Source of the DNA: Candidatus Altimarinota bacterium
GTDB lineage: Bacteria > Patescibacteriota > Gracilibacteria > 1-14-2-50-48-13
Length of the DNA stretch: 64,000 nucleotides
Direction: 5' to 3'
Assembly (NCBI GenBank): GCA_046314355.1
Contig: JBKBWQ010000001.1
Location: 928,001 to 992,000, forward strand
The position numbers and the translations under genes are program-made. Of the stretch, positions 38,417-47,411 are shown in pieces; the stretch's first letter is position 1; each line of letters begins with the position of its first letter. The notes under the pieces are model-generated. The model did no database searches. It was not told where the DNA came from and worked only from the letters and a program-made list of their open reading frames with translations.

Positions 38417-39841
38417 ATGAACTCTTTCTCTCTCTTTATAAAAGATGCAAAAAGCACAGGAACAATAGTAGAAATCAAAAGCCCTTACGACGGAGCACTT
38501 GTCGGAAAAGTAGAAAAAGCAGATAGTGCGGCTCTCGAAAAAGCTTTAAAAAATGCAGCAGACAGCTTTGAAAACATCATGAAAACCATGCCTGCATGGA
38601 AAAGAGCGGAGATTCTCTACAAGGTAGCTGATCTTATGAAAGAGCATCACGAAGATCTCTCACAGACCATCGCGCAGGAGGGAGGAAAACCTTTGAAAGA
38701 TGCCAAAGTAGAAATAACTCGTGCAATCAATACTGTACGTATGTCAGGAAATGAAGCTCTACAGATGAATGGAGAACAGCTCACGATGGACCGTGCAGCA
38801 GGCACCGAGAATCATCTTGCCTTTACGATACGTGAACCTATTGGACCCGTTCTCGCGATATCTGCTTTCAATCACCCCGTAAATCTTATCTGCCATCAAG
38901 TAGCCACTGCTTTTGCAGCAGGAAATTCTGTGATCGTAAAACCAGCAAGCCAGACTCCTTTATCATGTCTCAAACTTGCAAAATTATTTCAGGAAGCAGG
39001 ACTTCCAGATGGAGTACTCAATGTTGCTATCGTCGGAGGAGCAGATACAGAGCAGCTAGTAAAAGACTCACGTATTCGCTTTATAACCTTTATCGGAAGC
39101 GGAAAAGTAGGATGGGAGATTGAGAAAACAAAGCATGAAGGAACTAGACTCTCTCTTGAGCATGGAGGAACAGCATGTGCGATAGTAGACAGCTCCGCAG
39201 ACATTGAAAAGATACTTCCAGGATTAGTGAGAGGAAGCTTCTATCACGCAGGACAGGTATGTGTGTCTACTCAGAATATTTATGTTCATGAAAGTAAATA
39301 TGAGGAGGTACTTTCAAAGATGGTTGAGAAGGCAAAGCTTTTGAAAGTAGGCGCTGCTACAGATGAAGACACCGATATTGGACCAATTATTAGTAAAAAA
39401 GAACAGGAAAGAATCCTCTCCTGGATTCAGGAAGCAAAGGCACAGGGAGCTAGAATTGAGCTTGGCGGAAATGCGGTAGGTGATAGCTGTATCGATGCAA
39501 CTATTTTGACTAGTACCTCTATGAAGATGAAAGTAATGAATGCAGAAGTCTTCGGACCGGTCGTAAATATTATTCCTTTTTCAGATATTGAAGCTGTTAT
39601 CAAAGAAATCAATGCAACTCCTTTCTCTTTCCAGGCTGCAGTGTATGCACAGGACATCAATACCGCTCTAAACACAGCAAAAAAGATCGATGCAAAAGCC
39701 TGCATAATCAATGATCCCTCTACCTTTAGAGTAGACTGGATGCCGTTTGGAGGAGCAAAAGAGTCAGGACTTGGAGTAGGAGGAGTGAGAAGCAGTATGC
39801 ATGAGATGAGTCAGGAGAAGCTGATTATTGTGAAGTTATAA
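38417..39841 (+). CDS. NAD(P)-dependent aldehyde dehydrogenase
   Basis: SAFNHP, KPASQTP, FIGS, LEHGG, catalytic GQVCVS, EVFGP and PFGGAKESG. Confidence 0.93.
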   Translation: MNSFSLFIKDAKSTGTIVEIKSPYDGALVGKVEKADSAALEKALKNAADSFENIMKTMPAWKRAEILYKVADLMKEHHEDLSQTIAQEGGKPLKDAKVEITRAINTVRMSGNEALQMNGEQLTMDRAAGTENHLAFTIREPIGPVLAISAFNHPVNLICHQVATAFAAGNSVIVKPASQTPLSCLKLAKLFQEAGLPDGVLNVAIVGGADTEQLVKDSRIRFITFIGSGKVGWEIEKTKHEGTRLSLEHGGTACAIVDSSADIEKILPGLVRGSFYHAGQVCVSTQNIYVHESKYEEVLSKMVEKAKLLKVGAATDEDTDIGPIISKKEQERILSWIQEAKAQGARIELGGNAVGDSCIDATILTSTSMKMKVMNAEVFGPVVNIIPFSDIEAVIKEINATPFSFQAAVYAQDINTALNTAKKIDAKACIINDPSTFRVDWMPFGGAKESGLGVGGVRSSMHEMSQEKLIIVKL

Positions 39842-39892
39842 TCTGTTACTATTAGTTAGAAAATATAAGTGCTTTTACTACTAAAAAAGAAA

Positions 39893-40297
39893 ATGAGCCT
39901 AGATATTTTTATAAAAAGTTTACAAAAACTCTCTATTGTTTGTGGGGTAGTAGTTCTAATCTACGGAATTTGTTTTATAGGTTATCTTTTTATTCCCAGC
40001 AAATGGATGTTACTTCATCAAGTAACGACATGGGAACAGATCCCTTTCGACAGAGATCTATGGTTAAAATCAGCTAAAGAAGAGAGAGGAACAATGATTA
40101 AATCTCTCGTGGAAAATCAAAAATTTGATAATATGAAAAGAGATAATATAGAAGAAACACTTGGTAAAAGTAATTTATATTGTGGCAATGATGTCATGGC
40201 ATGTTATGAAGTATCACACAAAAATATTTCTTACGAATTAGGGTTTTTTCCTAAAGATTCTGGGCAAGTAGATATATTTTTGAATAAAATTGATTAA
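39893..40297 (+). CDS. Membrane-anchored hypothetical protein
   Basis: One TM then FDRDLW...RGTMIKSL...IEETLGK; ATG at 39893 is preferred. Confidence 0.65.
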   Translation: MSLDIFIKSLQKLSIVCGVVVLIYGICFIGYLFIPSKWMLLHQVTTWEQIPFDRDLWLKSAKEERGTMIKSLVENQKFDNMKRDNIEETLGKSNLYCGNDVMACYEVSHKNISYELGFFPKDSGQVDIFLNKID

Positions 40298-40565
40298 ATC
40301 TTATCTCCTGCCCTGTAGCATTTTTCTATCAAGCAGACAAGTCTCCACAACAAAATACAGTAACTAATTCATAATTCTCTCTGAAACTTTTGATTTCACT
40401 CGGAACATTAATGAAGTAGCAGAGAGCATTGCAGAAAAGTTCAACTTCCCTTACTTAGTACTCGATTTCTTCTATATTGTAAACGAACAGCAGAATAACT
40501 TTGATTACATTGCAGAAATCCCGCAAGGCGTAGAACTAATGCAGAAAACTATAATAGCATTCAAC

Positions 40566-40598
40566 AAAAAAGCACCGCGTTTGAGCCGGTGCTTTTTT
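40566..40598. terminator. Bidirectional intrinsic terminator
   Basis: A6-GCACCG-N9-CGGTGC-T6. Confidence 0.8.
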
Positions 40599-40639
40599 CT
40601 ATTGTACTAGTTCGTCGTCGCTGGAGCAGTAATCTGAGT

Positions 40640-41230
40640 CTACTTTGCAGCTCTATCCGCACTCATCTTCGCCTTCATCAAATCCTTTAATGTACCGTCA
40701 GTCTTTGCCTTAGCTAAAGCCTCAGCAGTAATACCAAGCTTTGTTGCAAGTTCTGCATCACTAAGTTTAGCACCTCTCATCATTTTACCTTTTCCTTCTG
40801 GTCTAGCAGGAGGCATAAGTAGTTCACTTACTTTTTTATCCTTCATCTCTAAATATCTTTTGTCAAACTCCGTACCGAAGTTCTCAGTAATTTTAGCGAG
40901 TTCCTTCGCCTTTAACTGTTCCTGAGTAACACCCTTTTCAGCGAGAAGCTGCGTAAGAGTTTTACCGGAAGTATCACTTTTTAGAGCTGTTATTTCTGCA
41001 TCAGTAAGACCAAGTGCTTCTATAAGAGGATGCTTCCCCATCATAGCTCCACCATGCATTTTACCGAAACCACCTTCACGGGGAATGACAGCCTGAGTTG
41101 TAGCCGCAGCATTTGTATTCTGCACGTCAGCTGCATGTACAGCGGATGAGAGAAGGACGCCTGCTCCAAGACTTACCGTAAGTAAACCAGCACCCACTCC
41201 ATAAAGAGTGTGTTTCATTGATACGTTCAT
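40640..41230 (-). CDS. Secreted helical low-complexity protein
   Basis: Signal peptide ending VHA; ALGLTDAE...GKTLTQLLAEKGV and LATKLGITAEAL repeats; G/M-rich segments. Confidence 0.75.
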   Translation of the reverse strand: MNVSMKHTLYGVGAGLLTVSLGAGVLLSSAVHAADVQNTNAAATTQAVIPREGGFGKMHGGAMMGKHPLIEALGLTDAEITALKSDTSGKTLTQLLAEKGVTQEQLKAKELAKITENFGTEFDKRYLEMKDKKVSELLMPPARPEGKGKMMRGAKLSDAELATKLGITAEALAKAKTDGTLKDLMKAKMSADRAAK

Positions 41231-41298
41231 AAAGTTGAAATTATTTGTAGAATGTAAGCTTACCCTACTGACACAACCCACAAAGAAAAAGGTTTCAA

Positions 41299-42168
41299 TT
41301 ATGTGGAAAATTTAATCTCACCTTTGATCATTCCCTGATCTTTCCAGGCTTTTATCCAGTCTAAAATATCTTTATCTATCTCAGGATGAATATAGATATT
41401 ACCTCCAATTTCAACTTTTTTAGGTAAAGAAGCAAATGTACACCCCATAAGAGCTGCATCTCCCTTTACTAAAAGACCTTCAGGTAAAGTAGTAATAGGA
41501 TTTTTTGTCTTCAAATATAGTCCTCCACCAATTTTCAACTCGGAAGGAAGTGTAGTAAGCTTTGGACAATTTTCTATTTCAAGATCATGAGTTAGCGATA
41601 GTTTTGTCGGTAATTTTTCTAGAGATAGACAATCACGTACCTCAAGATCTCCTTCTATCTTTCCATTCATAAAGCCTTCAGGGATTTCTTTAAGTAATGG
41701 ACATGAATCAAAGAGTACCGAACAACTAGAATATTCAAGAAGTGGTATCTCTTCTAATAAAAGAGCACGTGAGATTTTCAAAAAATTATCTACCTTAAGA
41801 TCTGTAGATATCTTTTCCAGCATAGGGACATTTGTCATCTCAATTCCTCCTCGTGCATTTACTCTCATTCCTATCTCCACAAAGTTGTCACAACTTTCAA
41901 TATAAATATGATTCCCCTCAACTGTTATATACTCAAGTATTTTATAATTATGACATCTAATAATCTCTAAAGCAGGCATGGCACCATACCAGAACTGAAG
42001 CTCAAGATCTTTTGGAAGATGTGTAAAAGTACTATCATCTATAAAATTCAAATCTTGTCCATCCAGCACAAGATGACCATCTTTTATAGTGGTACATTCA
42101 CGCATTCTATCGTCGTTTTCAAAATCAATGAGCTTAAGAAAATCATCAAGCTGTTTTTTCTCATTCAT
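41299..42168 (-). CDS. Leucine-rich repeat protein
   Basis: Repeats LEVRDCLSLEKLP, LEIENCPKLTTLP, FDSCPLLKEIP and ITTLPEGLLVKGD. Confidence 0.8.
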   Translation of the reverse strand: MNEKKQLDDFLKLIDFENDDRMRECTTIKDGHLVLDGQDLNFIDDSTFTHLPKDLELQFWYGAMPALEIIRCHNYKILEYITVEGNHIYIESCDNFVEIGMRVNARGGIEMTNVPMLEKISTDLKVDNFLKISRALLLEEIPLLEYSSCSVLFDSCPLLKEIPEGFMNGKIEGDLEVRDCLSLEKLPTKLSLTHDLEIENCPKLTTLPSELKIGGGLYLKTKNPITTLPEGLLVKGDAALMGCTFASLPKKVEIGGNIYIHPEIDKDILDWIKAWKDQGMIKGEIKFST

Positions 42169-42177
42169 AATAATATT

Positions 42178-42300
42178 TTATAATATCCAGCCCTCTGCTT
42201 TTACCTTAAGGCGCATCATAATTTTAAAAGGATCTCTTCCTCCTTGAAAGCGGTTATCGAGACCTTCATTAATTTTATATAACAAAGTCAGATTATCCAT
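42178..42300 (-). pseudogene. 40-codon ORF; possibly an internally deleted MazG-like gene
   Basis: Hand-translated MDNLTLLYKINEGLDNRFQGGRDPFKIMMRLKVKAEGWIL*. From recollection it resembles the termini of a MazG-like family without the EExGE core. Confidence 0.4.
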
Positions 42301-42389
42301 TTATAAAGTTATGATTTTATACTGCGATAATATCATCTATCCTTTTTTATTAACAGATCATATCCTGATATTCTGACATACTATCTAAT

Positions 42390-43157
42390 CTATCTTATCA
42401 ATGATTCACCCTTTTCACGTGTAACAAAATACATCTGCTCAATAGTAGCAATATGGCCTGGAATACTTATACCATTCGCACAATTTTTTATCCAATTATT
42501 AAGCGTGCTCAGCGCATTTCCAAAATCAACAATATTGATTTCATGATTGTCAGTAACAATTAAATTTGCGAGCTTAAAATCATGGATTACTTCTAGACCG
42601 TAAAGAAAGCATCTTATCCCTTCCTTTGCCCCCATAAGATCAAGACAAATAGGCATATGAGTTTCTTTCAGTAGCAAATAGAACACTTTTCTCAGATCTT
42701 TTATCTGAGAAAAAAGCGCTCTATTATAACAATCAGACATCATCATGGTCTGACCTATGACCTGCTCTGATACAATCGCGTATGCACCTTCCACAGTTTC
42801 AGAAGGGATAATCTCGGTCTGAGGAAAGTGAAACTGCAGTTCAGGATATTGTTCTTTTATACTTCGAAAAGCAGCTAACTGCATCTGCATATCCGCATAA
42901 GTATCTCCTATAATTCGAGGTTTATTGAATTTCAGCACAAGTTCTCTCTCAGGCAATATAATAACAGTATGCATACTTCCCCCAGATATAACTGTACCTT
43001 TTTTTATTTCATTTAAAGTAAATTCGTGATTACCTAAGGAAACTTTTCCATCTTTATCTAGTGGAAATGCCCTCAAAATAGTCGTCAAAATACCACCCGG
43101 CACTACCTCAGTTTCAGTATTGTCCCTTCTCTCTAAGCTCTTTAAATTACTTGCCAT
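42390..43157 (-). CDS. Protein-kinase-like fold protein
   Basis: GGSMHTV...LVLKF and HDFKLANLIV...IVDFG. Confidence 0.6.
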   Translation of the reverse strand: MASNLKSLERRDNTETEVVPGGILTTILRAFPLDKDGKVSLGNHEFTLNEIKKGTVISGGSMHTVIILPERELVLKFNKPRIIGDTYADMQMQLAAFRSIKEQYPELQFHFPQTEIIPSETVEGAYAIVSEQVIGQTMMMSDCYNRALFSQIKDLRKVFYLLLKETHMPICLDLMGAKEGIRCFLYGLEVIHDFKLANLIVTDNHEINIVDFGNALSTLNNWIKNCANGISIPGHIATIEQMYFVTREKGESLIR

Positions 43158-43277
43158 AAACTATTCTCCATATAAATTTTGTACATAACTATCCTACTAT
43201 TTACCTAAAAATCAAGTCCATTGACAATATTCAGCGATCTTGTACCCTAAATCTACCTATAATTTACCACTTCCTTT

Positions 43278-44048
43278 ATGTCTTTCAAAACAAGAGCAGC
43301 TGGAATAGCAGTACTCATTATTGTACTAATGATATTTTTATCCTCCACATTTACAGTGATCAATCCAGGTGAACGTGGATTAAAGATCAGACTTGGAAAT
43401 ATCAATTCTAATATCCTGACTGAGGGACTACACTGGCATTTACCTTTCATTGAACGTATTGTAAAAATTAATACTCGTACTCAAAAAGCGGAATATAAAA
43501 GTGCATCTGCATCAAAGGACCTTCAAACTGTTACAACTGCAGTTGCCCTCAATTACCATCCTGACCAGATGAAGGTAAATACGCTTTATCAAAATATCGG
43601 TATATATTACGAAGAGACAATCATCCAGCCTGCAATTCAGGAAAGCATTAAGTCTGTAACAGCACAGTTTACAGCAGAGGAACTCATCACAAAACGTTCT
43701 GATGTAAAAAATAAACTCCTCCTCCAGCTCGCAGATAATCTCAAAAGATCATGGATTACTGTGGAAGATGTAAATATAGTAGACTTCGATTTCTCACCAG
43801 AGTTTAATACTGCCATCGAAGAAAAGCAGGTAGCAGAACAAAGAACTATCAAAGCTACAAACGACCTTGCCCGAATCAAAGTAGAAGCACAGCAGAAGAT
43901 CGAACAGGCAAAAGCAGAAGCAGAATCCCTCAGACTTCAGAAACAAGAACTCACACCTGAGCTAGTACAACTCCGTGCAATCGAAAAGTGGAACGGTGTC
44001 ATGCCGCAGGTAACCGGTGGAAATACTCCACTCATCAATATAAAGTAA
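43278..44048 (+). CDS. Prohibitin/SPFH (band 7) family protein
   Basis: INPGERG...EGLHW, SKDLQTV, AEELITKR, AIEEKQVAEQ and IEKWNG. Confidence 0.93.
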   Translation: MSFKTRAAGIAVLIIVLMIFLSSTFTVINPGERGLKIRLGNINSNILTEGLHWHLPFIERIVKINTRTQKAEYKSASASKDLQTVTTAVALNYHPDQMKVNTLYQNIGIYYEETIIQPAIQESIKSVTAQFTAEELITKRSDVKNKLLLQLADNLKRSWITVEDVNIVDFDFSPEFNTAIEEKQVAEQRTIKATNDLARIKVEAQQKIEQAKAEAESLRLQKQELTPELVQLRAIEKWNGVMPQVTGGNTPLINIK

Positions 44049-44058
44049 TATTTGCATC

Positions 44059-44113
44059 GTCATCCCGTTTGATAAATCTTTCTTTAGCTACAGAAGATTA
44101 CTCAACGGGATCT
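44059..44113 (+). repeat. GTCATCC-type palindromic repeat, copy 2 (different stem)
   Basis: GTCATCCCGTTTGA-N8-TCTTTAG-...-CAACGGGATCT. Confidence 0.65.
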
Positions 44114-44151
44114 AAGAAAAAGCTCTAGTCAAAGACTAGAGCTTTTTCTTA
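44113..44151. terminator. Bidirectional terminator between convergent genes
   Basis: TAAGAAAAAGCTCTAGTC-aaa-GACTAGAGCTTTTTCTTA. Confidence 0.85.
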
Positions 44152-44463
44152 CTATTCATTTTCAGATCCAGCGCCTCCCTTTTTTAATCGTTTTTCGTAC
44201 TTCTGCATAGCCTTTTCAAGAGCTACTTCTAAATCTACATCAAAAGTATTTGCAACCGTAATAAGTGAATAAAATAAATCCCCAAGTTCAGAGGCAAACT
44301 CCTCTCTGTAAGTATGCTCATGTTTTCCATAATCACTCATTTTAATGACTTCCTTTGAAACCTCTCCAAACTCAGAAATCAAATCTAACATTTTAATTTC
44401 AATAGGAGCATCAAGATGATTTTCAAGACAAAATTTTTTCACTTTAAGCTGTAGATTTTTCAT
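44152..44463 (-). CDS. MazG-like nucleotide pyrophosphohydrolase
   Basis: SEFGEVSKE...ELGDLFYSL...VDLEVAL. Confidence 0.88.
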   Translation of the reverse strand: MKNLQLKVKKFCLENHLDAPIEIKMLDLISEFGEVSKEVIKMSDYGKHEHTYREEFASELGDLFYSLITVANTFDVDLEVALEKAMQKYEKRLKKGGAGSENE

Positions 44464-44495
44464 ATTAAGAGAATTAATTATAAAGATTTGAAATA

Positions 44496-44840
44496 TTAAT
44501 ATCCTCTCGCATCATTCTTACCTATTTTTTTTATAATAAACTCATCTAGAGAATCAGCAGGAAATTTTCGAAGAAGCAAAAGTGTGCAGATCAAAACATC
44601 AATACCTTCCAGATACACATCTTCAAGCTCTGCAGCATCTACCTTCTTTTGATTAAAACTTAACTTCAGCTGCTTTCTCACCTCACCACCCAATTCCCCT
44701 ACCTCTTCAATAAGCGAAGCCAAATCAGACAGAACTAATTCAGTATCAGTTACATCTTTCTTAATAAGCTTATCTCTTTCTCTATCATGAATATCTTTTG
44801 TATACTGCAGCAATGTTTGAAAAGCCTCAGATGAAATCAT
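44496..44840 (-). CDS. MazG-like nucleotide pyrophosphohydrolase
   Basis: EEVGELGGEV...EGIDVLI...KIGKNDARGY. Confidence 0.82.
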   Translation of the reverse strand: MISSEAFQTLLQYTKDIHDRERDKLIKKDVTDTELVLSDLASLIEEVGELGGEVRKQLKLSFNQKKVDAAELEDVYLEGIDVLICTLLLLRKFPADSLDEFIIKKIGKNDARGY

Positions 44841-44900
44841 AAATGAAGATAATAATGTATTAGATATACTCTAATAGTTCAGCGTTTTATTTCAAAGTAT

Positions 44901-45236
44901 TTATAAGATTTTCTGACCACTTACAACATGAATATGCAGGTGCTTAGAGTCCTGATAATCCCCGGAATTTGAAATAATTCTAAAAGTCTCTAACTTGCAT
45001 TCTTTCACTACGCCTTGTACACCTTTCAGCAATTCAATCCAAAGTCCTTTTCCATCTACAGAATCACTCTCAATACTCACAATATTCAATATATGTTTCC
45101 TAGGAATTACAACAACATGGAATTCATAACTCGGTTTCGTATGATGAAAAGCCAAAACATCTTCAGATTCATAGATTTTTTTGACCACAATTTTTTCATT
45201 CAAAACAAAGTCACAGTAAAAATCATTAGTTTCCAT
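44901..45236 (-). CDS. HIT family hydrolase
   Basis: AFHHTKP, HVVVIPRKHI and the HLHIH triad. Confidence 0.92.
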   Translation of the reverse strand: METNDFYCDFVLNEKIVVKKIYESEDVLAFHHTKPSYEFHVVVIPRKHILNIVSIESDSVDGKGLWIELLKGVQGVVKECKLETFRIISNSGDYQDSKHLHIHVVSGQKIL

Positions 45237-45327
45237 AACCTTTCATTAATACTTAAATATATATCGAAATTATTATGCCTAATTCCTCTAAGACGCAAGT
45301 GATAGTAGATCCTACACTTACGTGTTT

Positions 45328-45384
45328 AGATCCTGCAGTTCCGATTTGAGAGACTAAAGATAAAGAATCACTCTGCAGGATGAC
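45328..45384 (-). repeat. GTCATCC-type palindromic repeat, copy 3
   Basis: Minus strand GTCATCCTGCAGAGTGA-N7-TCTTTAG-N12-GAACTGCAGGATCT; arms nearly identical to copy 1. Confidence 0.75.
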
Positions 45385-45680
45385 GCGTCTGTGTCTCCCC
45401 CCGCACACCACTCCCCCCACCATGAGCCCTGACATGTACCGCAGGTACATCGCCCAAAGAGCCCTGCAGCCCCCGAGCCATGAGCTCGAGCCACGTATAG
45501 ACCGCACCGTCCCTGGGGGTTTGGGGGAGGAGAAGCGTCTGATTACTTTTAGAAAGCAACCCCTCTGCCAGACGCTTTTCTCCTCCCCCAAAACTTTTGT
45601 TTCTTTTGGTTACAAAAGAAAAGCCCCCACCGGCAGGTGAAAGGACCATCGACTTTTGCTCCCCTTTTCCTAAAAGCCAC
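45385..45680. other. GC-rich, highly structured non-coding insert downstream of argS
   Basis: 22-bp stem 45520-45541/45569-45592 with a 2-nt bulge; TTTCTTTTG-gtta-CAAAAGAAA; ATGTACC-gca-GGTACAT; enclosing GGGGG/CCCCC. Confidence 0.6.
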
Positions 45681-45681
45681 C

Positions 45682-47406
45682 CTACATTTTCTCCGGCGCC
45701 TCAATATCCAGCAACTCCAACCCCTTCTTCATCACATCTTTAGTACGAGCCACCAGCTGAAGTCTAAACTTCATACTCACATCACTCTCAGCATTCAGAA
45801 CAGAGAGCTCATTATAAAACCCATTAAAATCGCCGCAGAGCTCATAGAGATACTGCGCAAGGAAGTTTGGACGATAATCCACCGTCGTACTCTCTATGAC
45901 CTCATTAAACTGCAGGAGCTTGATCAAAAGAGTACGTTCTGCTTCCTGAAGTTCTTGTATATCAAAAACCTCGCTCGTCTCTACTTCTACTCCTTTATCA
46001 TCTTTTGCTTTTCTAAGCATGGAAGCAGCTCTCGCATATACATATTGCAGGTATGGAGCGCTATTTCCTTCAAAAGATAACACCTTATCCCAGTCAAAGA
46101 GCTGAGAAGTATTTCTATTCTGAGAGAGATTCGCATAAAAGACAGCTCCGTATCCAAGACTTTTCGCAAGCTTCTTCTTTGCTGTCTCATCATCTGCAAA
46201 TACACCTCGTTCATTCAAGATCGCAAGTGCCCTTTCTTCTGCTTCATCTAAAACCTCTTCCGCATAGATCACTCTTCCTTTTCTCGTGGACATCTTTCCT
46301 TCCTTCATCGTGAAAAGACCATAATTCATATGATAGAACTCTACTCCGTCTCCCCATCCCAAAAGTCCCGCAATAGCAAAGAGCTGTCTAAAATGCAAAG
46401 ACTGTTCATCCCCTACGACATATACTATCTTTTTCGGATTATATTCTTTTAAACGAAAATCAATAGTTGCTACATCTCTTGTATGATAGAGCGTAGACCC
46501 GTCTTTTTTCTGCATTAGACATGAAGGAAGATTAATTCCCTTCTCCTCAAAGTTCATAGCGATAGAACCATCCTCATTTTTTGTGAGGATCCCTTTGGAT
46601 AGCATCTCATCCATCACTTTTGGAACAATAGGCATATAAAATGCTTCACCGTGTTCCGTATCAAACTTCACATGAAGTTTTTCAAAGATCTTATGATTCT
46701 CCACCATGTTCACCTCCACTATCCATTCCCAAAGCTTTACAAGCTCAGGATCTCCTTGTTCAAGAGCAGTAAATGTATCGCGCGCTAGGTCCTCTAATGT
46801 TGGATCCTTATCAGCCTCATCATGGAATTTAATATAGAGTTCCACCAGCTTCTTATTCGGCTCTTTTTTCACCTCTTCCATATCCCCCCATTTCTTGAGA
46901 GCAACTAGAAGCTTTCCAAACTGTGTTCCCCAGTCTCCGATATGATTATCAGATATGACATTGTATCCATACCATCTAAGAAGCCTATTCATGGCCTCCC
47001 CATAAATAGTATTCAAAAGATGACCGATATTCATAGGCTTTCCTACGTTCAGAGAGCAGTATTCAAGAATCACAGTTTCATTATTTCCTTTCTTCATAGG
47101 TGAAAAATAACTCTCATTGAGAGCTTCCTTTTTCAAATACTCCGCGTCAAATTTTACATTTATAAATCCTGGAGCTGCCACTTCCACTGAGGCATAGTGA
47201 GAAGCATCTATATTGTTTTTAATGCTCTCAGCAATTTCCATAGGAGACTTTCCTAAAAGCTTTGCAAGCTGCATAGCAATACTGCAGGCATAATCTCCAT
47301 GAGACTTCTGTTTTGCAGGAGTAATATGTATTTGTGATAGTTCAATGCTTGGGGCTACTTTCTTTGCAGCCTCATAGACATCCTGTATGACAAGATCCTT
47401 TAACAT
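45682..47406 (-). CDS. argS: Arginine--tRNA ligase
   Basis: HGDYA, PGFIN, HIGH-like NVGKPMNIGH, NHIGDWGTQFG, KMSTRKG, GNSAPYLQYVYAR and the C-terminal PEKM. Confidence 0.97.
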   Translation of the reverse strand: MLKDLVIQDVYEAAKKVAPSIELSQIHITPAKQKSHGDYACSIAMQLAKLLGKSPMEIAESIKNNIDASHYASVEVAAPGFINVKFDAEYLKKEALNESYFSPMKKGNNETVILEYCSLNVGKPMNIGHLLNTIYGEAMNRLLRWYGYNVISDNHIGDWGTQFGKLLVALKKWGDMEEVKKEPNKKLVELYIKFHDEADKDPTLEDLARDTFTALEQGDPELVKLWEWIVEVNMVENHKIFEKLHVKFDTEHGEAFYMPIVPKVMDEMLSKGILTKNEDGSIAMNFEEKGINLPSCLMQKKDGSTLYHTRDVATIDFRLKEYNPKKIVYVVGDEQSLHFRQLFAIAGLLGWGDGVEFYHMNYGLFTMKEGKMSTRKGRVIYAEEVLDEAEERALAILNERGVFADDETAKKKLAKSLGYGAVFYANLSQNRNTSQLFDWDKVLSFEGNSAPYLQYVYARAASMLRKAKDDKGVEVETSEVFDIQELQEAERTLLIKLLQFNEVIESTTVDYRPNFLAQYLYELCGDFNGFYNELSVLNAESDVSMKFRLQLVARTKDVMKKGLELLDIEAPEKM

Positions 47407-47411
47407 AAATT

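Noticed and set aside
41265-41297. ECF sigma-like promoter (TGAAAC...TGTC) upstream of the secreted protein gene
   Set aside because: The -10 match and spacing are ambiguous; too weak to call.
38277-45384. CRISPR array
   Set aside because: The repeats are dispersed single palindromes with no regular repeat-spacer units, and no cas genes were seen.
45253-45649. Overlapping ORFs of 86-112 aa on both strands
   Set aside because: Explained by the local GC richness of the structured insert; composition is atypical of the genome's proteins.
45385-45680. T-box leader for argS
   Set aside because: It lies downstream of argS (minus strand) and no T-box motif was seen.
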